In this document: positions 37,601 through 48,784 of the stretch, one piece after another
Position numbering within the stretch: position 1 is the first letter of the stretch
Layout: the number at the start of each line of letters is the position of its first letter
Notes under the pieces: model-generated
The model's database searches: none
Seen by the model: only the letters and a program-made list of their open reading frames with translations
Told to the model about the DNA's origin: nothing
Translations under genes and position numbers: made by a program
Assembly: GCF_001194135.2 (NCBI RefSeq)
Contig: NC_068984.1
Location: 121,955,205 to 122,019,204 of the forward strand
DNA: 64,000 bases
DNA from: Octopus bimaculoides
Lineage: Eukaryota
Direction: 5' to 3'

Positions 37601-38371
37601 GTATTCGCCAACACCCACACATATATACACATGTATAAAAATATAGACCTGTATATGTGTGTGTCTATGTATATACTACTCTGAATAGTGACAGAGTGAA
37701 TCATCAGCTTCAAATATAATTTTAAAAAAACTCGACCAAGAGCACTGAGTATGCTTTCTGCCATTAGTGCACACATACACACAGACACACACACACACAC
37801 ACACAAAGCTGCTGCCTGGTGTAGCTCAGTGTCTCATGGAGCTGTACTTAACCAGACTGCCCTCCACTTCCTAAAAAGAAAAATACAGTAAAGTATTTAG
37901 GGCAATGAATTTAGCCACAGAAGGTAGATATCCTAATTGGGTGGTTTATAATATCAAATCCTCCAAGCCCATCACTTCCACCAAGGAACAAAATTGAGAT
38001 TTTCAGGATTGAGCAATGTCCCAATTCCCAGAATTGACACTGCATTACAATACATTCAAGAAAATAATAAAAAAATTTTCATTAAAAAAACATAAAAAGC
38101 AAAACAACATGGAAAAAAAAATATAATACAACCCTGTTTACTTACACTATTAAAATAGCCAGCCTGATAAAAGCTAGAGATAATAGGTGCAGAGGTGGCT
38201 GTGTGGTAAGAAGCTTGCTTTCCAGCTACACGGTTCTGGGTTCAGTCCCACTGTGTGGCACTTTGGGCAAGTATCTTCTACCAGAGCCTCAGGCTAACCA
38301 AAACCTTGTGAGTGGATCAGGTAGACAGAAACTGAAAGAAGTCCATTGTATGTATGTATATATATATATAT

Positions 38372-38402
<31 letters not shown>

Positions 38403-38406
38403 TATA

Positions 38407-38565
38407 TAGGGGGAGAATTCACAAAAAAAAACAAAAGATGAAGACAGGTGGTGTAGACAACAAACAGATGTATTAGTTTAACGCTCTGGAAGTGAAAAAG
38501 TCTTTAACGTTTCGAGCCTACGCTCTTCCACAGAAAGGAACACAGAAAGAAACAAGGAGAGAAAA
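38407..38565 (-). mobile_element. Probable Penelope-like element pseudo-LTR fragment
   Basis: Contains ACGTTTCGAGCCTACGCTCTTCCACAG, the reverse complement of a CTG.NGAAGAGC..GCTCGAAACGT motif typical of Penelope-like termini; CpG-retaining. Confidence 0.55.
38502..38537 (-). ncRNA. Minimal type I hammerhead-ribozyme-like motif (variant core)
   Basis: CUUU-CUGUGGA-A-GAGC-GUAG-GCUC-GAA-ACGU-U-AAAG: stem I 4 bp, stem II 4 bp with tetraloop, palindromic ACGU stem III. A6 is U instead of A. Confidence 0.5.
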
Positions 38566-38674
38566 TACACACACACACACACATATATATANNNNNNNNN
38601 NNNNNNNNNNNNNNNNNNNNNNNNNNNNNNNNNNNNNNNNNNNNNNNNNNNNNNNNNNNNNNNNNNNNNNNNNN

Positions 38675-38710
<36 letters not shown>

Positions 38711-39363
38711 CGTATATATGTATGTATATATGTATATGTGTGTGTATCTGTGTTTGTCCTCCCACCATCACTTGACAACCGATGCTGGTGTGTAATCCTT
38801 GGGTCAAGTTCTTCGACTAAGGTGGTGCTCCAGCATGGCTGCAGTCAAATGACTGAAACAAGTAAAAGAGTAAAAGAATAAAAATAACTTCTAACATAGC
38901 ACACAGCACTACAGGTGCAGATAGGGCTCTGTGATGAGAAACTTGCATTGCAACAACATGGTTTTAAGTTCAGTTCTACTGTGTGACACCTTGGGCAAGT
39001 GTCATCTACTATATCCTCAGACTAACAAAAGCCTTGTGAACGGATTTGGTAAAGAGAAAGTGAAAAAAGCCCATTATTGTCATCATCGTTTAACATCTGT
39101 TTTCCATGCTGGCAAGGTTGGACGATTTGACAGGAGCTGGCCAGCCAAGGTGCTGTTCAGACTCCAACTGTCTGTGGTGGCATGGTTTCTATGACTGGAT
39201 GCCCTTCCTAATGCCAACCACTTTACAGAGTGTGCTGGGTGTCCTTTATGTGACCCCAGTACAAGTGTGTTTACAAAGCAATGTGGCACATGCACCTGTA
39301 AAGAGACTGCGATTTTACTTAGCTTCACACAGCTTCAAGCTAAGTAAAATTGCAGTCATTCAT

Positions 39364-39402
<39 letters not shown>

Positions 39403-39947
39403 TCTCTCTCTCTCTCTCTCTCTCTCTTTGTGCTTTTCACCCACCAAACCTTTTTATCTAACATAAACCACCAAAACAAGAAGTAAAATACTTTGCAAAC
39501 TAATTAGCAACATCAACAATTCTGAAAATGGCCACACCCATATCACATAACATACTAAAAAAAATCTGACCAAAATACACATACTATAATAGTGTCATAC
39601 ACATTTCCAAATATCAGTCATCAAAATCTGCTGCAAGAAGACAGGAAAACCAAACACAGAATATACACTTTCCACCTAGACTGTGACAATACTGACACTT
39701 CCTTCCATTAGACAAGAGCAAAGTATCAGAGAGGTTCTATAACTCAAAATCATTAGTGGAGGGTAGGCGGGGGGAAGGGGTTATCACATTTAAATATAGA
39801 CTTAAAGTGTTTAGGGAACGAGACAATAATTGAACTTAGCAACATCTTTAACCACTCATATAACCTGACCTCATTACCAATTAGAAACTGAAAAAGAGTT
39901 TAAGATCAATACATCAAGTCAATTCTGTTCTGAACATTTATTTAGTA

Positions 39948-40935
39948 TATGAGGCCTGATTAAAAAGTATCAGGACTGTTGCTATGGCAACAGAGCTAAA
40001 GTACCCAGAATGAAGGCACTTAGCACATATGGGACCTTGAGTTCTATTGTACATGCACACTAAGTTATAACATTCTCACTCATTTTTGTTGTTTATAGCA
40101 GTTTATTGAAGTAAAGTGCATAGAGTGTGGTCACCTCACGAAAATTGGGTTTCAGCTGTGGAGGATCTCAACTGTGTAGAGGAAAATGAAACCTTTTTGA
40201 AAATGGTCATAACAGGTGATGAATCATAGGTGGCTATGATCCCAAAACCAAGGCTCAGGCTTCACAGTGCAAGACCCCCAACAAGATTTCAAGGTGCTGA
40301 GGAAATCCAAGAGAATGTGGTGAGGCAGCTGCCACCAAAAAGGAGTTCCGGGAATGTTTTCATCAATGGAAACAATGCTGGATAAAGCATGTGGCTTCAG
40401 AAAGAAGGGACTACTTTGAAGGAGATTGAATGCCAAATCTAAGCAATCATATATATATATATATATGTATATGTATGTATATACACACACACACACATAT
40501 TCTAATTACCTTCCCCCTTCCCACATCTCTAATTCCCCCACACACTATTGCAGCCTCAATTTACCCATCATTCCCTCTCTTCTATTCACCTTTTTGTGCC
40601 TTGATGCCACACTCTAACACCTTCCCCTCATCACCTTTATTACTTTCCAGCTCTATTCCAACTACTCCCCTATCCCCACCCTTATATAATGAAAATGCAG
40701 CTCAAAGGTCACCATTTTAACACTGCTTTTGAGATATAGAGCAAATCGCAGAAGGTCCTCATCTCTCTTACAGAAAACGACTTCCAGGCCAGATTCCAAA
40801 AGTGGTAGAAATGCTGGGACCAGTGTATCGCTGCACAAGGTGACTATTTCAAAGGAGATGATGTTAAAACTTAGGTAAATCAGTTATTTTTTATTAAACA
40901 TAACTAGCCCAGGAACCTTTTGATACCACCTCATA
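39948..40935 (+). mobile_element. Decayed mariner remnants (~39948-40425 and ~40720-40935)
   Basis: TIR-like TATGAGGCCTGATTAAAAAGTATCAGGACT and CCAGGAACCTTTTGATACCACCTCATA; peptide ETFLKMVITGDES; two C-termini of the form ..GDYFEGD / GDYFKGD. Confidence 0.6.
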
Positions 40936-40939
40936 TATA

Positions 40940-42600
40940 CACCCAGAACCGCGCTCATAGCTTAAGAGTGAAATTTAGGATTTCTCGTTTTTTTGTGAAT
41001 TGATTTTGATAAAACTTTTCCCAGTTGGCTTGCACTCTATGGCAACACCATTGTTATGTTTTCATTATTCTGTGTAACGTCCTTTCGTTTTTATTTCAGA
41101 TTCTTCAGTTTTTGGGTGACCCACACTAATAGCTTTTGAATGAAAATAGCCCCTCTAGAAATATTTTTTCAGAAAATGAAGAGTAACGATACATATTAAG
41201 CATACATTGAGTATATATTTAACAGAAAACGATAATAATATTATAGGAGAGTAGTGTAGTTCGCTTGAAGCATTGTGTATTGTTTGTAAAGAATAAAAAG
41301 TTTAGAATGGTATAACAATGCACTATAGAACAAAAAATGGACTATATACCTGTTGTAATTTGGTTATCTATAGTCCGATGATATTATAATAATATTATAA
41401 CATTTATTGACATAATGAATTATTTAACCACATGAGCGTCATTTCAAAGGATAACTTCAAAAACCATATTAGTCATAGAATCTGTGAATTTCTTAATATT
41501 ATAGCAGGTTGGACTGCATCTGCTGCAGTTTTGATGGTCATCCATAAGACATCTTTCGATGTAAATTGGAGTCCATTGGCATAAACATCTTGTTTAATGC
41601 TGGGCCAAAGATTTTTGATAGGGTTGAGATCCAGAGATGCTGGTGGCCATACCATCAACCTTCCACCTTGTATGCTGTAAGACCCTAGTAATGTTTGGGT
41701 GGTCCTAGTAGAGTGGGAGGGAGCATTGTCATGCATGAATACAAGATTTCTTAGAAGTGATAGTGGTATATCATCTAGCCAGGGATCCAAGACCTCCTTC
41801 AGGATATTGCAGTATGTGGCTGTGGTTACTTTAACCCCTTCAGGCATCCTGACTGGGCCACAACATGACTCCTCCACTCTGTTGTTAATGTCATAGATAT
41901 TGGTGACACTCATCTCCAAAATAGACCCAACTGTCAGGTCTGTCAAGGGTCACCCTGGTTTCATCAGTGAACAGAACACTACTCATGTCTAACGTCATAC
42001 TTTTGGGCCCATTGAAACCTCAAACTCTTGTGATGGGGTGTTAAAGGAGGCAGTTTCAGGGGTTCATGCACAGAAGCCATGGTCCTGAGGATGCAATTTC
42101 TGGTAGTTTTCGGTACATGAGGAAGTCCAGAGGTGATGAAAATGGCTTTGCTTGTTTGTCCAGCTTTCCCACATAATTTTCAGCCAATATTCCGTAAATC
42201 CCTAGCTGTCACAGGCTTGGAGGTCCCACAATTGGATTGTTTCTTCCTTGGCAAAGAGTCCTTCAGGAATCGTCTGTGTCCACATGACAACCTAACTTCT
42301 CCGCAATGACATGAAGAGAGGTGCCTTTAGCACTTTCCTTGATGATGACAGCCTTTTCTTCATCGTTAAGGCCTTTTCCACATCCCATTGTTCTTAGAGA
42401 GGAAAGACACCATTAGTGTAATTCACCCAAAAACTGAAGAATCTGAAATAAAAAAGAAAGGACGTTACACAGAATAATGAAAACAACAATGGCGTTGCCA
42501 TAGTGTGTAAGCCAGCTGGGAAAAGTTTTATCAAAACTAATTCACAGAAAACTGAGAAATCCTACATTTCACTCTTAAGCTATTAGCATAGTTCTGGGTG
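40940..42600 (-). mobile_element. Tc1-like DD37E (TRT-type) transposon with ~178-bp TIRs; transposase disrupted
   Basis: TIRs 40940-41118 and 42424-42600, TA on both sides. ATG at 42388 (MGCGKGLNDEEKAVII). Catalytic motifs VLFTDETRVTLD, FMHDNAPSH and WPPASLDLNPIK(E>K)NLW, with exactly 37 residues between D and the E position. Confidence 0.9.
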
Positions 42601-43159
42601 TACATATATATATATGCTCATTGTTGTTTATCAAGTTCAATGATGATCATCACATCCAACTGTGAAGCTTTTGTTGACTGTACTTCTTGAGAAAAGTGTT
42701 GCATATTTTTACTGCTCCACTTACATATTGTAGCTGTTATGTGCATTTGCTGGTTGATTTCTTTTTCTGAAAATGCTACCTTTTCCAGTTGTCACTTAAA
42801 CAGTTTACCAACAAAACCAAGTACACCAATTACTATTTGTATAAATGTGAATTTATAATCAAAGTGTAGAAGCTAAAGGTTTCATAGTTATTGACTCTCC
42901 CTTTCATTTTCAAAGAGATATTCACATCAGCAGAGCAGGTAACCTATATGATAGTGCATACCATTACTTGTCTGTCCTAAATAACCATATCCAGCCTGTT
43001 ATGTTTATACAAATGTGTGCAGTCAGCTTTTTCTTAGAAGGTACAATTTGTTATGAGTATTAATATGCTCTGCACTTTTAATAGCTGTAACAAATTGTAT
43101 TACAGAAGAAAGAAATTGCATAAATGGTGTATACTCAGAATTTAGTATTGAATTATCTT

Positions 43160-43560
43160 GTCTTTTATCTTTTGCTTGTTTCAGTCACTAGACTGTAGCC
43201 ATGCTGGGGCACCACTTTGAAGAATGTCTAGTTGAATGAGTCAACCCCAGTACTTAATTTCATTTTTTGTAAGCCTGTTACTTAATTCATTGGTCTCTTT
43301 TGCTGAACTGCTAAGTATCGGGGATGTAAACACACCAACAATGATTGGTAGTGAGGATAAACAGAGACACAAAGACACACACACACATATATATACATGG
43401 CAGGATTCTGTCACGTTTCGTCTACCAAATCCACTCACAGGACTTTGGTGGGTCCAAGGCTATAGTAGAAGACAGTCACCCTAGGTGTCATACAGTGGAA
43501 CTGAACTTGGAACCATATGGTTGGGAAGCAAGCTTCTTACCACATGGTCACGCCTGCACC
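43160..43560 (-). mobile_element. Family-A SINE, full length, decayed
   Basis: Collinear with 62258-62669. Confidence 0.8.
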
Positions 43561-44078
43561 TATGCCGCATCTATGCCTATAATTGTAGAAATTGGGGTGG
43601 GGGGTTGTCAAACAATTAGACTTTCTAAATATATTCATGGGTCAGGAAGGTATGTATTTGAGGTAGGATTTTACATCCAGATGCATTTAGAATATATTTG
43701 TCAACATGCATGCTTTCTTGCTGACAAAAGAGTTCTCATGTTTGGCTTGTTACTATGGAAATAGGCATGAATGTGTTTGTGGCTTATGATTGGCTAAAAT
43801 TACCCAAAATTTTCAAAATTTAATTGCTACTAACTCTTTATTTATTGATTTATAGCGAAAACGATTTTCACATCATTCATTAGCCTATAAAAGTGTATCA
43901 CACTGAATATGAAATCAATTCTGGTTTTCTGTTGGAATTTGTGAGAGCACCCAAGCAATGAAGCTGATTTTAAAAAATTTATTTACACTATGTTTTCTAG
44001 TGAATTTAAAGTGGCTACAGGCGATTATTACCCCCACCATTCTCATCATGATGATAGAAGTAAATATGGAGTAAAAAT

Positions 44079-44650
44079 TTGTCTTTGCAAAACAAACTAA
44101 AAATACTGGAGTGCTATGTTAAGTTGCCCAAAATGAGTCAACATAGAGCTGCTGTTTATTTAGAAAATTCACTGCCACTAATGTGTATAAAACAAAAAAG
44201 AACGGAAAGACAAAGTAAAAGAGAAACAAGTCTGACATTGAAAAATCAGCACTTACTCATAAGAACACAGATCCTAAGCGAGTATGATCTGGTAAAGATA
44301 GTTCAGTTGAGTCAGCATTGCAAATTTGGTTTAGAAATGCTGGTGAAAAGAATGCTTGAATTAATGAACAGCTGAGGCATCAAAAAGCAGAAGAATTTGT
44401 AAAGAAATGGGTAAAGAAAAATTTTGCACCAACTGATGGATCGTTTAACAGGCAGAAAAAGGCAAGAGAATATTGTGTGCAAAAATGTGTTCATGGTGAG
44501 GAAAAAGTGCCATTTAAAAAATTTTTTTATCAGTTATGAATTGAGGCAGAGTGGCCAAAAATTATAGCTGAGTATCGTCTTGGGAATGTTTGCAACATAG
44601 ACAAAGCAGGGTTATATTTTCATGCAATGCCAGAGCATACTTATCTGTTT
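44079..44650 (+). mobile_element. Tigger/TIGD-like pogo transposase remnant (CENP-B-type HTH and start of DDE)
   Basis: Frameshifted peptides MSLQNKLKILECYVKLPKMSQ, SVESALQIWFRNA, QKAEEFVKK.GKENFAPTDG, RENIV.K.VHGEEK and IIAEYRLGNVCNIDKAGLYFHAMPEHTYLF. Confidence 0.75.
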
Positions 44651-44725
44651 AACCTTTTTGATACCAACCTGTCTGAGACTGTCCCTGGTTGTGTGATATG
44701 AACTTCCTTTATTTAAAATGATATA

Positions 44726-44766
<41 letters not shown>

Positions 44767-45731
44767 TTTTGAATATGATTGAACAAATTCATAATGGAGT
44801 GGATATCATGCTGTTGCTTTACAATTTCTTTGTTGTCCATCAGCATTTGATGTTGTAGTCCATCCCTGTAGGTGGGATCACAGAATTAAAATCTCCATTA
44901 TTTAATAAATAGGAATTTAAACCAAAGGTTCTCTATGTGACAATCTAAGGCAAGTGCCTCAGTAGCAGAGATAATCAATGTAGAAATATTGTTTTGTCTT
45001 GACTTCTCTTTTTTCTTTTTTTGTTTTGTTTTGTTTTGTTTTGTCTGTTATTACTATTTTTATTGCTGAGAGTTTGCACAAAGGAGTGATGGAATTTCCA
45101 TATCTCGTGAGATGCAGAAGAAAATGATTTTAATACAAGCCATCTCTACGAGAATTGGCAACATGTAATAGAGTGAGAGAGTATAAAACAAAAGTAACAT
45201 CAATATTATTAACCGAATTACAAGGCAAGTGGAACAACAACAACAATAGTAATTATTATAACAATAATCGGGAGAAGATTGTCTATAGTAATAATAGTGA
45301 AAATATAGTCAATGGAATTTCATATTAGCAACTTCAACAACAACAGCAACAAACAATAAAATTGACAATGATGACATCAACATTAATAGAGGAGAAATAA
45401 CAGCAGAATAGAGGGTCTGTTATTGAATTGCAGCTGATGAAAGATGATAGAAAAATGGATCAGAGGAAGTGGAAGAGTTTTAACCACTTCTATTGTGTGC
45501 TGGTGAGGTTTATATGAGGATAATAAAACTATGAAAAACTAACCAAAGTTCATTGATAGAGAAAACTAAAAGGAATGTAAAACATTATTGGAGATTAAGG
45601 AGAAAAACAAATATGGCAAAATGGATCTAAAGATAGAAAAAGACAAGAAAAAAATAAATGATAGAGCAAATATCATTGTAAACGCATTCAAAAAGTAAGC
45701 ATGTATTCTAGACGTTGCGATGAAATTATGG

Positions 45732-45954
45732 TTGGATGACACACGACATGTATAAGCAGTGACAACAGAGTTATATAGGCTATGTGAAACATGCAATATT
45801 GGGTGGTTTATACATACAAACATATATGTATGTGTAGGTGTCTGTGTGTGTGTGTGTGTGTGGGTGTGCGTTGTATAAACCACTCAATATTGCATGTTTC
45901 ACACAGCCTATACAACTCAGTTGTCACTGCATATATATGTCATGTGTCATTCAA
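45732..45954. repeat. Fold-back hairpin: 83-bp arms (45732-45814, 45872-45954) around a (TG)n loop
   Basis: Arms ~88% complementary; plus and minus track ORFs both contain CINH.ILHVSHSLYNSVVTAY.C.VS. Confidence 0.85.
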
Positions 45955-46204
45955 GGAGTTTTCGTCAACTGACAATGTAGTAGGTATGTACTATGTATGA
46001 GTACTCAGTTTGATTTACCACTAAAACTCTGGCTTCAACTGCAACTGAAAAATGTGGTGTTGAAACCACCAACCAAAGGCAGCTAAAAATGGTTTCCTAT
46101 TGAGCAGGTAAAACATTTGGCATCACTCAAAAAAAAAAAAAGCCATTTAATGTAGATAAAGAAAGTTAACATACAGAATCTCTTACAGCTGTTTCTAGAA
46201 TAGC

Positions 46205-46400
46205 CAAGAAATTGAGTAAGGGTTCCATAAGCTGAGTATACAGTCATCAGAGAGGGAGAAGCCAGAGAAATGGAAAAATGAAGAAATATCCCCAATTGAC
46301 GATATTACATTTCAGTTTACTCAAAAATGAGTAAGGATTCCATAAGCTGAGTAAACTGTCATCAGAGAGGGGGGAAGTCAGAGAAATGGAAAAATGAAAG
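46205..46400. repeat. Local direct duplication, two ~75-bp copies about 115 bp apart
   Basis: TGAGTAAGG.TTCCATAAGCTGAGTA.AC.GTCATCAGAGAGGG.GAAG.CAGAGAAATGGAAAAATGAA occurs twice. Confidence 0.8.
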
Positions 46401-48731
46401 ACATTAGTGCATCCGAGTTTGTCAAAAATGACACAAGGATCAGATGGAATGTACTCATAACTGGAAAGAAACGAAGTGGACATGCTTTGGTGGATGCATG
46501 GAGTTACTATGTATGAACACAAGCAGTATAAGACAAATCAGCTGTAGTTTGCAACCACTTTACAGTATGGTGCAATCACTATACTGGGAGCTTTTTTCAT
46601 GGTACCAGTACTAGTGAAGTTGCCTAGCAAATGACAAAACAAGAAACACCATACTAGAAGAAATGCAAGATTATTTTAGGCAGGTAGTAAAAGGATGATG
46701 GGAGGAACATATATTAATTGTTAAAACAGTATGGTATTGGAGGGGGGGGGGGTGAAGGACAAGGTAGAAAAGTGGGCTGTGCTGGAGATGGATCTAGTGG
46801 TTTCTCATAATATGGAGGTGGAGTAAATTTGGGCAGAAGGAGAGGTTGAGNNNNNNNNNNGGATATATATATATATATATATATATAAAGTGTAGTATAT
46901 TGCCACTTAAGTGTGGCTGACCCCTAGGGGTGGAGAATTAACATTGCTTATATATATATATATATATATATATATCTTTGTCCCCACATCACCATATATA
47001 TATGGATACACACACACATATATACAGACATATAGATGCATATACATATATATACATATATATACACACATACATGCATATATATGTATACACTTATATG
47101 CATATAGACATACACACACACACACACACACATAAGATATAAGCAAAGTATTAGTCAATAAATACTTCTAGACTATGTGTAATTTGCAGTATCAATTACT
47201 TTGGAATTTGATTCAAGCAAACTGTAAACAAGCAAAATCTTGAAATAGGCGGTGGCATTATGTACTTTAAATCTAAACAGAACTTTTCTTGTCACATTTA
47301 GACACAATTAAGTGTCAGTAGTCACATTGGAACTATTTTTACTAGATGTGGAGAATGGTAATTAGTAAAAGATTATTCAAAGCAATTTATAGAGCATAAC
47401 AAAAACATGAATGGAAGTGTTTTCCTGCTCAGGACAACACTAGTAGATTATATCTGAAGGACTTGACTAGGGCAGGAAGCCGGAAGTTAATGCTCTATCT
47501 CCTCAAACAGTAAAAAATGGAATGGAAAGCCATTTTATAATGTAATTCGGTTCAATTTTGTTTTCTAATCAAAAGCTTAACCCTTCTGTAATCATAACTT
47601 TCTTGAAATACAATTTTTGTTTCAGTTAATTTTGAAAAATAATGAAGAATTTAGAAAAATAACTTTGCTGTTATTAATCTGGTTGTTGCAAGATAAATTA
47701 TCATCATCATCATTTAATGTCCACTTTTCATGCTGGTGTGGGTTGGATGGTTTGACTGAGAACTGGCAAGCCAGGAGGCTGCACCAGGCTCCAATCTGAT
47801 TTCTGCAGCTGGATGCCCTTCCTAATACCAACCGCTCTGAGAGTGTAGAGGGTGCTTTTACGTACCACCAACACAGGAGCCAGTCAGGCAGCACTGGCAT
47901 CAGTCACACTCGAATGGTGCTTTTTATGTACCACCAGCACAGGTGCTAGTCAGGTGGCATTAGCATCGGCCATGCTCAAATGGCACATTTTATGTACCAC
48001 TAGCACAGGTGCCAGTATAACCTGAATATAATTTTTTTCCCTATACCTTTAGTTATATTTGTAGTCCAGGTGTGCCACCAAATTTTGAAAAGAATGAAAA
48101 AAAGTTGCAGAGCATTGCACTAGACCACTGGATTATGTATTTTAGTTGATAAAGACACTACTGAACTTAGTGTAGAAATAAAGATCCTTAGTATAAGTTC
48201 AGGTTGGAACTAAGTACATAACCAGTAATAACACACATGATTACAACTGGAGATGAAAATGAAGAATAGATATATAAATAATGTAACAAACTTTAAGGAT
48301 GAGATTAATAGTCCATAAAATTCAATGTATTTTTATATATCAATGTTAAGAACAAGATTGTTATATCTCAATGTAGTTCCTAAGATTAACCTTTCCAACA
48401 TGATGGTAAGAACCTGAGCAGATCTGCTAAAACCAGTGAGGAGAAAATATTTAAGATCTACATGACTGATAGGAGTCACATTTATAAAGAGCAGACTAAA
48501 GTTGATGAATTTCTTTTAAGGTTAAGTGTAGATCATTATATACTAAGAGACAAAGCAGAATATATATCTTTATCATTTACAACAGTAAGATGACAAGGGT
48601 GGGGCAATGATATAATGTAACCCTAAACTAGTCACTGGAATAGTTGAGTGGTTTATGGTTCAGAAGATCAAATCTTTTGCGTGACAATTATGCTCAACTA
48701 TTGTCTATATATATATATATATACATACATA

Positions 48732-48784
<53 letters not shown>

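Noticed and set aside
47472-47490. Tandem ETS-like motif AGGAAGCCGGAAGT
   Set aside because: An isolated short motif in CpG-poor DNA with no other promoter evidence.
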